DNA of 64,000 bases from Nemertoderma westbladi (GCA_032718475.1 JAUCBJ010002942.1:1-64000); one strand, 5' to 3'; shown: positions 26,701-40,110, counted from the stretch's first letter. Numbers and translations: made by a program. The notes: a model not told the origin generated them from the letters alone.

Positions 26701-28566
26701 ATTGAATGTTGTTGCTAATGGTTGACAAACAACTGGACGAGGTGGTGCTCTACGGATTCGCTTACAAACTTCGCAATTATCTCTCACACAATGTAAGGCT
26801 TGTTCTAATTCCGAGCTCCAACACTCAGCACGCTTGAGTAAAGTGATAATACGTTTTGTGTCTGCATGTGCAAACTGTCTATGCAGCTTCAATGCAATAT
26901 GTTTAACATCAGAATTCACATTTGATATTTGTTCGAGAAAATATGCCACATTTGAAGAACAATTAGGTGCAATATGTATACAAATATGCCCTGCTCTATT
27001 CCGAACTGGAGTGATTTCTTTACCCAACATGGTGATTGTTCCCTTTTCAAAATTCATATGTGTGCGAGCCTTTTGCATTGACTGTTTGCTTAATAACAAA
27101 GGAATATCACAATTCACGACTTCTGTAGAAATGAATATATTTTCATTTGCAATACATGCTGGAATTTTTACATTTTTTATCGAAGCTACTGATTCTCCAG
27201 AACCAAATCGAAATTGTACTGAAGAATCCTTTTCAACAATGCGTTCTCTCTGCTCAGATGTTAGACTATCCAAGTAGCAGCTGTACCAAGTTGTACCACA
27301 CACAGTACGACTGCAACCAGAATCCAATATCGCAAATCCCAATTCCTCAGCTACAAAATCTTCTTTATCCTCCCCAGTAAACAAAGTAATGTGAACCTCC
27401 TCGTGCTCGTACTCACCATCATCTACCTCTGTATTATAAACCCGTGTAACTTCTGGACAATCTCTCCTTAAATGAAACCTTGAACCGCACACAAAACAAC
27501 CAGGATCAAAGTTTCCATTCCCTGAAAGACGATTTGTTGACGAAGTTGTGTTATTACTACCACCAAACTGCCGTCCAGGAACATTCCACTGCCGAAATGA
27601 ACCAGCTACTCCCCCACCACGCATCTGACTGTTGGTATTAAACTGACCAGTTGGACGGCCAAATCTATTACGTGGAATTCCCCCAAGTGCTCCGCGAAAA
27701 TATCCGGACCCACCACCACCGTACTGCTGGCTAAATCCTCCTCGACGATATCCCGATTGCCCATAAAAAACTTCCGACATATCCGAGTGTTCATCGCCAC
27801 CAACCGCTTCATTAACTTCTTCGAGTTTAATAATAGAGTCACCAACTTCCACCGGCGTTTTTGTTCGTTGATTCGCCAAACGCTTTAAAGTTTCACGCAT
27901 CGCATCGTAGGTGAACCTATTTACCGTAGCCCTCACGAGTTGTTCCATTGGTTTCTCGAGATTACAACCCTTCAAAAGGCGATACGCCAGAACACCCTGT
28001 GGTAAGTGCATGTTATGTCCTCGAACTTTCGCATACAGATTGTCAAACTGAATCAAATAGTCATCCAGTTTATCATTCGGTTTACGCAAATAGCTCTCAA
28101 AATTCTCGTAGGCTTCGAACGCCCTTTCATCCTCACTTTTTAAATACAACTTGTCCAACAGTTCGAGAACTTCTTGAAAACCAGTAACTGATGTTAATAT
28201 ATCTTGCTCGATCTCCATTGCTGCAACTTTCGCTTTTCCCGTAAGCGATAAAACTAGTGCTGAACCCAATTGATTCTGTTTCAATGACGTTACAGTCTTC
28301 CACAAAGCAACCTCTTTCTTCCATGTGCTATAATTTGCTGTATCTAATACCGGTGGAACTTTCAAAGAATCAGCCGACGCTCTGCTACCAATGTTAGAAT
28401 TAGAACTCATTTTAAACATTAAACTTATTGCTGTATTTTAATAACTAAACTTTACTGCTATCAGCACGTGCGCAATGCAATACATATTCACCAGTCACCA
28501 ACCTAACTAACTCACAACAATACAGTAGGCACAAACTAACACAAGCATAATACTGCAGTACTCACA
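23723..28566 (-). mobile_element. Full-length Ty1/Copia LTR retrotransposon, GalEa-like, with one frameshift and one nonsense codon
   Basis: Identical 175-bp TG...CA LTRs (23723-23897, 28392-28566) and 5-bp TSD TCAAC. PBS TGGTAGCAGAG (tRNA-iMet) and PPT GAGGGGAGAT. Gag CX2CX4HX4C, PR ILDSGCS, IN HRQFAH/DNGGEF/SNGVCER, RT KARLVVRGF/YGLNDA/HVDD, RNase H STLAAET/ADCLTK, in Copia order. Confidence 0.97.
23978..28419 (-). pseudogene. Copia gag-pol polyprotein, interrupted
   Basis: ORFs 26632-28419, 24689-26644 and 23978-24430 join into one frame if a 5-bp duplication (26658-26667) is removed and the TGA at 24689-24691 is read through (YRT*VGAISWLANQSRPDL). Confidence 0.92.
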
Positions 28567-29834
28567 TCAACTACCGACTAAGCCAGTTAGTCAGACGAAA
28601 CCAATAGATTCATTCAATCGACCTTCTTTCAAACCAATAGAATCAACTCATGTTCACTTCACTTATGTTTCTCCTTGTTTCTGCCACAAACGCTGCATGT
28701 ACAATATTTGTATTTTAATATAAAAATATTGGAAAAAGTATAACAACCCCAGGTTCTCTGGAACTCTTAAGGTTTTCCTGAAAATGTAGGGTCTTCCAGT
28801 GAATTTGAAAAGTTTCCATTATTTTTCGGGCCAATGGAAAACATTTTGCATGCGGAAATTAAAAAAAAATACCCGTGCTTCTAGCAAAAAATGTAATTGG
28901 AATTGTTTTTGGAATTGGAGTTGTTTTGTTATGTAATTCTTCGTTGTGTACACACCATTTCATGGTGTGTTGTGTGTGTACACACCATTTCATGGTGTGT
29001 TGTGTGTGTACACACCATTTCATGGTGTGTTGTGTGTGTATACACGATTTCATGGACGTTGTGTACACTAGTACACCATTTCATGGTGTGCTGTGTGTGT
29101 ACACACCATTTCATGGTGTGTTGTGTGTGTATACACGATTTCATGGACGTTGTGTACACTAGTACACCATTTCATGGTGTGTTGTGTGTGTACACACCAT
29201 TTCATGGTGTGTTGTGTGTGTACACACCATTTCACGTAGTGTTGTGTGTGTATACACGATTTCATGGACGTTGTGTACACTAGTACACCATTTCATGGTG
29301 TGTTGTGTGTGTACACACCATTTCATGGTGTGTTGTGTGTGTATACACCATTTCATGGTGTGTTGTTTGTGTGCACACCATTTCATGGACGTTGTGTACA
29401 CTAGTACAAGATTTCATGGTGTGTTGTGTGTGTACACACCATTTCATGGTGTGTTGTGTGTGTGTATACACCATTTCATGGTGTGTTGTGTGTGTGCACA
29501 CCATTTCATGGACGTTGTGTACACTAGTACACGATTTCATGGTGTGTTGTGTGTGTACACACCATTTCATGGTGTGTTGTGTGTGTATACACCATTTCAT
29601 GGTGTGTTGTGTGTGTGCACACCATTTCATGGACGTTGTGTACACTAGTACACGATTTCATGGTGTGTTGTGTGTGTACACACCATTTCATGGTGTGTTG
29701 TGTGTGTATACACCATTTCATGGTGTGTTGTGTGTGTGCACACCATTTCATGGACGTTGTGTACACTAGTACACGATTTCATGGTGTGTTGTGTGTGTAC
29801 ACACCATTTCATGGTGTGTTGTGTGTGTACACAC

Positions 29835-32017
29835 TGTTACGGTATATGGCGCTGTACCTACATTATGTAATATATTAGTCCGTTATACTGTACATATATT
29901 AGTCCATCATACAGTATAATATGTTAGTCCATTATATAGTATCATATATTAGTCCGTGATGCAGTATAATTATTTAGATAAGACATAACGCGCAATGATA
30001 TTTAGATAAGGAAAATAAAACGCCCATATATTTTGAACTCATCCATTTTATAGTATGTAGCCCTACCTATGTAATTTTGTAATAGGATATAAGTAGATAG
30101 TTCCAGGGTAGCAAGTTCTTGTTGGACCCTGGATATGGGCTTGCTGTTATTAGCCTTGATGGGGCTAGCTACTGGTTTTAATTTTCTCTATAATTGCGCT
30201 AAATTAACCTTTGTGCATGATATTATTAGTACCGCCAAATTAAGCATCGGGAAAATTACCTTATATGGTAACGATCCGGCTCTCTCTTCACAATCCGGCT
30301 CTCTTATTGGCCTAACTGCTTCCAGGTTGGTCTAATGATAGCTCGGATTGGGGAGCCAATGAGAGATCGATTGCATCACCCTTCTCAAATCACCTATAAA
30401 TTGGCGTTTTGCCGGTGTGTCTGTATGCCATATACCCTGCCATACTCCACACCACACCCTACCTTACTCCTCACTTCAGTTACCCTTAGTGTTCAACTAT
30501 TATTTGATGCTTAGTTTTTTGTGTAAATTACTGTCCTTTTGATTTTCTTGCAATGATTCGCTAATTTGCAATTTCTGTTGATTCTTGTTTGTGTTTCTCA
30601 ATCAATCCCAACGATTACTGTTAATTACAAATTGGAACTATGATTTCTACCCTTTAGTAAATGGTTCAATGTGATTCTTTTCGACACAATAATCCTACGG
30701 GATTTCTTAGACTGTCAGACTGAGATTTGCATGTGCCGCTACGGTAGCTATTCATTCTGATGGAGGGCTAGGTTACCGGTAAGCGCGGCGGGCGCATTGG
30801 GGGGTTAGCGACGAAGGGGGCGCGGAGGATTCAAAGGCGAGCAACATTGGTGGGAGTACTATTGCGGGTGCAAGTTTGCGGCGTAGAGCGGGTCAGGTGC
30901 GCCGGTACAGTAATTAGGGGCTGATGATCCAGATTTTGTCTCTATTTTGTAGTATTAGGGGGACAGGAATTGGGTTAGTTAGGAAGCCTAGACGTAGCCG
31001 GGAGAGATCTGCGTGCTTTACGTTGCGAATTGCGAGCTAAACTGTAGACTATGTCGCAAGCTACGTGCGAACTGTAGGTTGCGAATTGCTATCTGACTGT
31101 TGATTGCGAATTGTGCGTTAAGAACTAAAATTGGTAAGTATAAACTATAGATTGTTACTCTGATTGGTGTGTTACTAAAGTGTGCCTAATAAATCACGAA
31201 TGCTTGGATAGGCGCTCTTTTCCCTTTGATTGATTTCTATTTCTTAGTTTACTGTAATAATACGGTAATTTAGGCTGTTGCTAGTGTGACCCGTTGCGTA
31301 ATAATTTAGAATTGCGCATTCTGGAATACTTAGTAATTAGTGCGCTGTTACATATTTGTGACTGTAATTATTTAGTAAAATTAAGAATTTGTACGCAGCA
31401 TAGCGGAGGGTAGTTAAGGTATTAATTTAGAGTACCGTACACTATTCACGCTGGGCGGTTATTTGAATTACTGTAGCGGACATAATTCACATCGTAGTAT
31501 ACAGTATATAGCGCGCATCAGTAAATTGCTGGTCTAAAGCCAGCCGCAGGTAAGTTTGAGTCCCGAAATAAACACTGTACCGATTTTGATTATTTAAATA
31601 TTCTCACATTCACACATTCCGTTAGGGAACCCCAGTTTTGCGATTGGACGCGATTAACGCGTTTTACAGTAAGATTAGGCTAAGAATATACTCTGAGTGT
31701 AAAGTCTCTCACACTCGTTTTAAGTCAGCTTAGGGAGCCGATTCGGGTTTATTGTTTTTGTTATTCCCGCTTGGCTCATATATTCGAACAGTTAGCTTTC
31801 TATCGAGCGATCGGTAGAGAAAGGAACAAGCGATTAGCAGGAGCCGTAGAAAATTAGGAAATATATTAGCGGACGGCAGGTTAGCGCCATCCAACGGTAA
31901 GTAGCGGTTTTGTATTTAGCAGCCCTACATTAGCAATAATACGCTCCTGATTGCCCTGCCTGATAAATAGAGCAGTTTTGTGTCTTTATTGGTTAGGCCG
32001 GGGTAGTTTGTTTAACA
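29835..32017 (+). mobile_element. ~2.2-kb solo LTR (Gypsy or BEL type) inserted in the minisatellite
   Basis: TGTTA...TAACA termini and 5-bp TSD CACAC (29830-29834, 32018-32022). TATAAA at ~30395 and AATAAA at ~31188. No coding capacity. Confidence 0.78.
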
Positions 32018-32054
32018 CACACCATTTCATGGACGTTGTGTACACTAGTACACG

Positions 32055-32669
32055 TTCGTGGGGACTTCGCGCAGCACGTAGTCGCCAAGCCTTGGCATAC
32101 GGTTCATATAGAGCAAATGGGGCATGTCTAGTTTGGACCCAATATCCCATGCTATAAATGTATTCATTCGATATACAATCATATGTTAATCCGCTAGGTG
32201 GTGTCAAATTGTTATTCTGCAATTTCGTACTTACCAGTGCAGCACTGTACAGCAGTACCGTACCGGTAGGCCTATGTCATTACTTCTGAGTCTCTAGCGG
32301 ATCCCCAATTAAATGTCTTAACTTTTCAATTTAGTAAAAGATAGACTTCATGATTCTCTACAGGCCACCAAAATTTCAGCTCAGGAAAATGAGGCCTTCC
32401 CGAGAAATTTAACATTTTCTAAAAACTACATAATCTGTCGTAGCTGACGTCAGACTGCATGATTTTTCACCAAACTTTACAAACTTTCTAAACTTTCTCT
32501 CTACTACTTACCTACTAAGTTTGGTTCAATTCCGAACCAGCGATGCAGAGAAATTCGCGTTCAAACATTTCCCAGACAGACGGACGGACGGACAGACAGA
32601 CAGACGGACATGCCCCATTTGCCCTATATGAACCGTATGCCAAGGCTCGCCGACTACGTGTCTCGCCCC
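32055..32669. mobile_element. ~615-bp non-autonomous element with ~55-70-bp imperfect inverted repeats and a (GGAC/AGAC)n tract
   Basis: CACGTAGTCGCCAAGCCTTGGCATACGGTTCATATAGAGCAAATGGGGCATGTC at ~32075-32128 is mirrored at ~32608-32660. ACACG flanks both sides. Confidence 0.75.
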
Positions 32670-32827
32670 ACACGATTTCATGGTGTGTTGTGTGTGTGTT
32701 TACACACCATTTCATGGTGTGTATTATTTTTGGCATATTGTCAAAAGTACTTTAAACGGATTTATTAAACGGATTTATTAACAAAGGTAATTTTGAAAAT
32801 GCAAAATATATTAAATTAATATTTCAG

Positions 32828-32934
32828 AGCAAAATGAGATGATTCAATCCCTGGAAGGAAAAATTCGAAATAAGGAGAATGAAATACGGAGAATTCGCGA
32901 CGATGAAGATAATAGACTGAAAATATTGCAGCAG
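32828..32934 (+). CDS. LRRC45: LRRC45-like coding exon (EQNEMIQSLEGKIRNKENEIRRIRDDEDNRLKILQQ)
   Basis: TTTCAG| acceptor, CAG|GTTAAG donor, 107 bp, phase 1-0, matching the previous exon. Resembles recalled LRRC45 EAEIARIRDEEAQRASFLQN. Absent from the ORF track. Confidence 0.88.
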
Positions 32935-32944
32935 GTTAAGTTGC

Positions 32945-35900
32945 AGATGTTGTGTTGTAAAGTTACATATATTGTGTTGTAAGGTTACAGAGATTGTGTT
33001 GTAAGGTTACAGAGATTGTGTTGTAAGGTTACAGAGATTGTGTTGTAAGGTTACAGATATTGTGTTGTAAGGTTACAGATATTGTGTTGTAAGGTTACAT
33101 AGATTGTGTTGTAAAGTTACATATATTGTGTTGTAAGGTTACAGAGATTGTGTTGTAAGGTTACAGAGATTGTGTTGTAAGGTTACAGATATTGTGTTGT
33201 AAGGTTACATAGATTGTGTTGTAAAGTTACATATATTGTGTTGTAAGGTTACAGAGATTGTGTTGTAAGGTTACAGAGATTGTGTTGTAAAGTTACAGAG
33301 ATTGTGTTGTAAGGTTACAGATATTGTGTTGTAAGGTTACAGATATTGTGTTGTAAGGTTACATAGATTGTGTTGTAAAGTTACATATATTGTGTTGTAA
33401 GGTTACAGAGATTGTGTTGTAAGGTTACAGAGATTGTTTTGTAAGGTTACAGAGATTGTGTTGTAAGGTTACAGAGATTGTGTTGTAAGGTTACAGAGAT
33501 TGTGTTGTAAGGTTACAGAGATTGTTTGTAAGGTTACAGATATTGTGTTGTAAGGTTACATAGATTGTGTTGTAAGGTTACAGATATTGTGTTGTAAGGT
33601 TACATAGATTGTGTTGTAAGGTTACATAGATTGTGTTGTAAGGTTACAGAGATTGTGTTGTAAGGTTACAGAGATTGTTTGTAAGGTTACAAATATTGTG
33701 TTGTAAGGTTACAGATATTGTGTTGTAAGGTTACAGATATTGTGTTGTAAGGTTACAGAGATTGTTTTGTAAGGTTACAGAGATTGTGTTGTAAGGTTAC
33801 ATAGATTGTGTTGTAAGGTTACATAGATTGTGTTGTAAGGTTACAGATATTGTGTTGTAAGGTTACAGATATTGTGTTGTAAGGTTACATAGATTGTGTT
33901 GTAAGGTTACAGATATTGTGTTGTAAGGTTACAGAGATTGTGTTGTAAGGTTACATAGATTGTGTTGTAAGGTTACAGATATTGTGTTGTAAGGTTACAG
34001 ATATTGTGTTGTAAGGTTACATAGATTGTGTTGTAAGGTTACAGATATTGTGTTGTAAGGTTACATAGATTGTGTTGTAAGGTTACATAGATTGTGTTGT
34101 AAGGTTACAGATATTGTGTTGTAAGGTTACAGAGATTGTGTTGTAAGGTTACATAGATTGTGTTGTAAGGTTACAGATATTGTGTTGTAAGGTTACATAG
34201 ATTGTATTGTAAGGTTACAGATATTGTGTTGTAAGGTTACAGAGATTGTGTTGTAAGGTTACATAGATTGTGTTGTAAGGTTACAGATATTGTGTTGTAA
34301 GGTTACAGAGATTGTGTTGTAAAGTCACAGATATTGTGTTGTAAAGTTACAGATATTGTGTTGTAAAGTTACAGATATTGTGTTGTAAAGTTACAGAGAT
34401 TGTGTTGTAAAGTTACAGAGATTGTGTTGTAAGGTTACAGATATTGTGTTGTAAAGTTACAGATATTGTGTTGTAAGGTTACAGAGATTGTGTTGTAAGG
34501 TTACAGATATTGTGTTGTAAGGTTACATAGATTGTGTTGTAAGGTTACAGATATTGTGTTGTAAGGTTACAGAGATTGTGTTGTAAGGTTACATAGATTG
34601 TGTTGTAAGGTTACAGATATTGTGTTGTAAGGTTACAGAGATTGTGTTGTAAGGTTACATAGATTGTGTTGTAAGGTTACAGAGATTGTGTTGTAAGGTT
34701 ACAGATATTGTGTTGTAAGGTTACAGAGATTGTGTTGTAAGGTTACAGATATTGTGTTGTAAGGTTACATAGATTGTGTTGTAAGGTTACATAGATTGTG
34801 TTGTAAGGTTACAGATATTGTGTTGTAAGGTTACAGAGATTGTGTTGTAAGGTTACAGAGATTGTGTTGTAAGGTTACAGATATTGTGTTGTAAGGTTAC
34901 AGAGATTGTGTTGTAAGGTTACAGAGATTGTGTTGTAAGGTTACAGATATTGTGTTGTAAGGTTACATAGATTGTGTTGTAAGGTTACAGAGATTGTGTT
35001 GTAAGGTTACAGATATTGTGTTGTAAGGTTACATAGATTGTGTTGTAAGGTTACAGATATTGTGTTGTAAGGTTACAGAGATTGTGTTGTAAGGTTACAT
35101 AGATTGTGTTGTAAGGTTACAGATATTGTGTTGTAAGGTTACAGAGATTGTGTTGTAAGGTTACAGATATTGTGTTGTAAAGTTACAGAGATTGTGTTGT
35201 AAAGTTACAGAGATTGTGTTGTAAGGTTACAGATATTGTGTTGTAAGGTTACAGATATTGTGTTGTAAGGTTACAGATATTGTGTTGTAAAGTTACATAG
35301 ATTGTGTTGTAAGGTTACAGATATTGTGTTGTAAGGTTACAGAGATTGTGTTGTAAGGTTACATAGATTGTGTTGTAAGGTTACAGATATTGTGTTGTAA
35401 GGTTACAGATATTGTGTTGTAAGGTTACAGATATTGTGTTGTAAAGTTACAGATATTGTGTTGTAAGGTTACAGAGATTGTGTTGTAAGGTTACAGATAT
35501 TGTGTTGTAAGGTTACAGATATTGTGTTGTAAAGTTACAGATATTGTGTTGTAAGGTTACAGATATTGTGTTGTAAAGTCACAGATATTGTGTTGTCAAG
35601 TTACAGATATTGTGTTGTAAAGTTACAGATATTGTGTTGTAAGGTTACAGAGATTGTGTTGTAAAGTTACAGATATTGTGTTGTAAGGTTACAGAGATTG
35701 TGTTGTAAGGTTACAGATATTGTGTTGTAAGGTTACATATATTGTGTTGTAAGGTTACAGAGATTGTGTTGTAAGGTTACAGATATTGTGTTGTAAGGTT
35801 ACATATATTGTGTTGTAAGGTTACAGAGATTGTGTTGTAAGGTTACAGAGATTGTGTTGTAAGGTTACAGAGATTGTGTTGTAAGGTTACAGATATTGTG

Positions 35901-36258
35901 TTGTAAGGTTACAGATATTGTGTCGTAAGGTTACAGATATTGTGTTGTAAAGTTACAGAGATTGTGTTGTAAGGTTACAGATATTGTGTTGTAAGGTTAC
36001 AGATATTGTGTTGTAAAGTTACAGATATTGTGTTGTAAGGTTACAGATATTGTGTTGTAAGGTTACAGATATTGTGTTGTAAGGTTACAGAGATTGTGTT
36101 GTAAGGTTACAGATATTGTGTTGTAAAGTTACAGATATTGTGTTGTAAGGTTACAGATATTGTGTTGTAAGGTTACAGATATTGTGTTGTAAGGTTACAG
36201 AGATTGTGTTGTAAGGTTACAGAGATTGTGTTGTAAGGTTACAGATATTGTGTTGTAA
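32945..36258. repeat. 22-bp minisatellite (~150 copies) filling nearly the whole last LRRC45 intron
   Basis: Unit AAGGTTACAGAGATTGTGTTGT, starting ~10 nt after the donor. Confidence 0.97.
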
Positions 36259-36369
36259 TCTTACCAAGTCGTAATGTTGTCTGTAACGTTTCTGTTGTCA
36301 TTATTATTGAGGAAAAATACTTTAATTGATTTTAATACTTTGCTGTAACGATGTTTTAATGTTGTTTAG

Positions 36370-36495
36370 GCCATATCGCAGTTTGCTATATCAGGTAGTC
36401 GGCAGACCTATGTTACTAGGCAACCTGAATCTCCACATCAACGGAGTCCTTCTAGAGGTGACCACAGCGATGTATTCAATGATTCCATTAACTGA
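36370..36495 (+). CDS. LRRC45: LRRC45-like terminal coding exon (AISQFAISGSRQ...NDSIN*)
   Basis: TGTTTAG| acceptor, phase 0, TGA at 36493-36495. Parallels the recalled LRRC45 end AVLAYVQASP. Confidence 0.78.
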   Translation, partial: AISQFAISGSRQTYVTRQPESPHQRSPSRGDHSDVFNDSIN

Positions 36496-36647
36496 ACTAA
36501 ATGATGATAATGGTCGTAATATTCGTTAACATGTTAACATTCAAAGAAATTTATTCAACAAACTGTGTCCCTGAATTCATAGAGCGCATAGTTCTGTTGT
36601 AACACAATAGTGTAACGCCGATAGGTTTATAATAACGTTGTTGAATT

Positions 36648-36653
36648 AATAAA
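36648..36653 (+). promoter_or_regulatory. Candidate polyadenylation signal of the LRRC45-like gene
   Basis: AATAAA ~150 nt after the stop, followed by U/GU-rich sequence. Confidence 0.5.
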
Positions 36654-38149
36654 CCTTGCGAGTTAATTTTATTCGTACTTTTGTAAATATTGTAAATATG
36701 TATATTTGTTTGTATAGGTGCTTCGAATTTAATATGTGCGATATTTAGATAAAATAATTATAATGTTAATAATATCGAATTTTTAAGGCAATAATCATGC
36801 AACTACTAATAGGATCGGCATGCTGCATTGCAGCTGCATTTTCAAGAATGCTGTGCCGGCTTATCGACAAAATTGCACCGCCACAACTCCCTATCACCCA
36901 TGACATTTACTAGATCATCTGCATCTTCAAGGCCAGTGCATGCTTATTCACTCCATGAGGCTGCCAAAGTACAAGATTATGCACTGGCTGGTCCTCATGG
37001 CGAAAGCAATGTCCTGCAAAGCGGAGGCGAATTTGTTCTATTGTCAAGCTTGGGGGAACCAATGAGACACCTCCAATGTTATATAGTGTCTGGTTGGAAA
37101 TGTGTGCATTGTACTCCCATAGAGGAGTACTGGAACTACTGCCATGATATGTAATAGATATGATATATGCTTTTATTGATCCATATGCACTTCTCCAGTC
37201 TGCCGCTAGTGGGCGAAACGTTTGAGTTAGACAAAAACTATGTAATGGAAAATCTGCTCCATTATATTGTGTTGTTGTTTATTTCTTTCGAGTACATTCT
37301 TAACATGAACTTATCTCATTTGATACGCGAAGGTGCCACTTATGCAATGCGTCACATATTGTTTGAGTTAGGTTAGTTAGGGTTAGTAAGTTATAAATAA
37401 CTAACAAGATTCTACCTTTTTCGGTTGTTTTTTACACTTCCGATTCCAAGTTCACTTGCTGTAGCTCACGTTGTATTGCACGTATAATGTATGAATGAAT
37501 TAGAGTCAAGTAGCTTTCAGACTAACCTGTGGTCGACGAGGAACCCGCAAGCGTTTCAAAATATCACGAAAAATTACTATTTTTGCTTCATCCTAATCCC
37601 TGTAATTAAAATAATTAATAAAAATTGATTAACGCCAACTCAATTTGACGGCTTTTGTTAGAAACATTGACAAGTGGATTCTTGTGTTTTATGAAACTCG
37701 AATCGCCTTGGAGCATACATGATCGGCCAGCTCTATGGTGTAATGATGACGACACCGTATCATTCGTTCAGCTATCCTCCCAGCAATAGCTGTGTCTGGA
37801 AATACTTTTAACCGGTTGGATTGCAGGGTGGAGATGGGTTCCACTATCATTGATTATGGTTGTGTTGGTTGTTTATTGTTTGTTTATTGTTTTGTTTATA
37901 TCGGTAAGTAAACCCGCCACCAAGCACAGGATTTTATATTTTAACACGAACGTGTTAGTATGATTGGATTGATGGAGGTGAGTTGGAAAGATGCAGGAGA
38001 CCAGTTGGACAGCCGAAGCTTGATAGGTACTGGTCTTCTGAGAAATAGTTTGAATTGTATTATGCGATGCAGAAAAGAGAAAGAAAATATGAAAATGACC
38101 TGAGTATAGAATTAGGAGTACTTGTTAATGAAGGTTAACAGATGTTAGA

Positions 38150-40110
38150 GAGAGTGATTAAATAATCCAAAAAAAACGACGATAATTATATTGTAATATT
38201 AAACTTATTCAGCAGTAGGTGTTTTTGAAATGCTTTGACGAAAAGGTGCTTTTTATTTAACAGTTTGATTACATTTGGTATCTCGTTCCAGATTAGAGGA
38301 ACATTATACCATATTGAGAATTAACCTTTAACTGTATTGAAACGTGGAACAAAAAAAACGATTATTTGTGTTTTGGAGATTATAGCGGATATTTGACTTT
38401 CTAAATATATTGGCGAACCCTACTGGTAAATTATCATTAATAACATCGAACATTAATTTGCCTACATTTAGTTTAAACAATGATTGTAGCGGAAGTATTT
38501 CGAACTGTTTATATATAGGTATGGAGTGTGCGTCCCTGTCACTAAAAGTTATAGCTCTAACTATTTTATTGACTTGGACCCTAATACGCTTAATATAAGT
38601 CTCAAAAGTAGAACCCCATAATTCCAGTCCATACAGTAGTTTAGTATGTACCAGTGAGAGACAGGGGGGGGGGGGGGGGGGGGGGGAACTGGACGCAAAA
38701 CCCGCCTTGGCGAATTAATATCCCGCCTCAATAAGTTTCAATTTAGGGAAAGGAGCAGGTTACAGTGGAACGTTATTTTAGCCAAAACAATAAACTAAAC
38801 ACCATAGAACAGGTTACAGTTTTATTTTTGAGAGAAATCAGCTGTTATTTGCGTCGAATTTCCCCTGGAGAGGGATGCATTTTTATTGCGTCCAGTTTCC
38901 CCCCTATCTGACCAGTGAATATTATATCGACTTTAAAATATTGAGTGGCAACTTGTAACGTAGTTTATAAAATAATTACGCTTAAGTAACTGGTGATTCT
39001 TAATTTTAACTTTTGGAGCTGAATCCGTTCGTTGTCTTATTTGTAAATAAACAATAAATGGGTTTAGACATATTTAGTGATAGCTTATTTTTTTTTATTT
39101 AATAATGTCTACAAGATTATGGCTACGTAATAAACAGGTATCATCCGCGTAGAGTACACTAAGTTACTGTGGGTAGATCATTTATATAAATTAAAAAAAG
39201 TAATGGTCCAAGTATTAAACCCTGGAGGACACCAGTCGTTATTGGTCGACAATTGGATGACGATAATTGCGCAGCAACAATTACCTCGAGGACTTTCCCG
39301 AAAACAGGAAGTAGCGAAATTGTTCGGTAGTTGGATGGATCAAAAGGGGAGGCATCTTTATGTATGGGAACCACGGCCGCCTTCTTAAGACAATACGGAA
39401 AGATGCCCCTTCGTTTACACAGATTAAATAAGGAACATAGATGTCCGACGAAGAATGGTGCAGCAATTTTTAACAGTTTAACTGGCAATGGGTCATTGGT
39501 TGATTTGAATATCGTGAATTATTAACATTAACTCAGCTTCTGACGTCTCAGTAAGTATGAATAAACGCATATTCGATTTTTTTATGTACGATATGGGGTC
39601 AGATTTATATCCAGGGGTTCCAATTGTTGACGCCAATTTAGTCCCTATTGATAAAAAAAAAAAATGATTAAATACACTGGCTATATCACCTTTACCGGTA
39701 ACTATTTCTTTTGTAGAGGGGTCAATGACCTTCGTCGGGCATTGTCTCTTGCCTTTATTGGATAAGATGTTATTAATTACCTTCCAAACTTTCCGGGATT
39801 GTCCTATATGTATGATGGTTCAGCATAGCCAATAGTAGCAGTCAATGTATTTCTAGAACATTTAAAATTATTCCAGGCACCAGTAGTAGGTTGCTGAAGG
39901 TACATCTTATATAGCTTATTTTTTTTATTGATTGACCTTAAAAGCGCTGGTGGTGTGATCTATGGCCTCATGCTAACATGTGTACTAAGAAAAACCTAAA
40001 CTACCCATATGCTCTTTCATTGTAATGCATCCATTGGTTATTATTTAAAATCCTTATTATTATGCACTGGTATGGTAGACAATTATTATTAAACATTTAC
40101 CGTTTCAGCA
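38150..40110 (-). mobile_element. Degenerate CR1/L2-group LINE fragment (reverse transcriptase region)
   Basis: NYRTISLLPVFGKVLE, GVLQGLILGPLLFLIYINDL and a downstream LYADD motif. Internal deletion and stops present. Ends approximate. Confidence 0.8.
38658..38910. mobile_element. ~250-bp MITE with G-rich TIRs and 8-bp TSD, copy 1, nested in the LINE
   Basis: GAGACAGGGG...AACTGGACGCA / TGCGTCCAGTTTCCCCCCTATCTG. TSD ACCAGTGA at 38650-38657 and 38911-38918. Confidence 0.85.

Larger units (their letters stand above)
28945..32722. repeat. ~30-bp minisatellite with ~91-121-bp higher-order units, interrupted by two insertions
   Basis: Unit CCATTTCATGGTGTGTTGTGTGTGTACACA. Main block 28945-29834, resuming at 32018-32054 and 32670-32722. 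Confidence 0.92.

Noticed and set aside
28859-29878. Cys/His-rich, metallothionein-like ORFs
   Set aside because: Translations of the 30-bp minisatellite on both strands.
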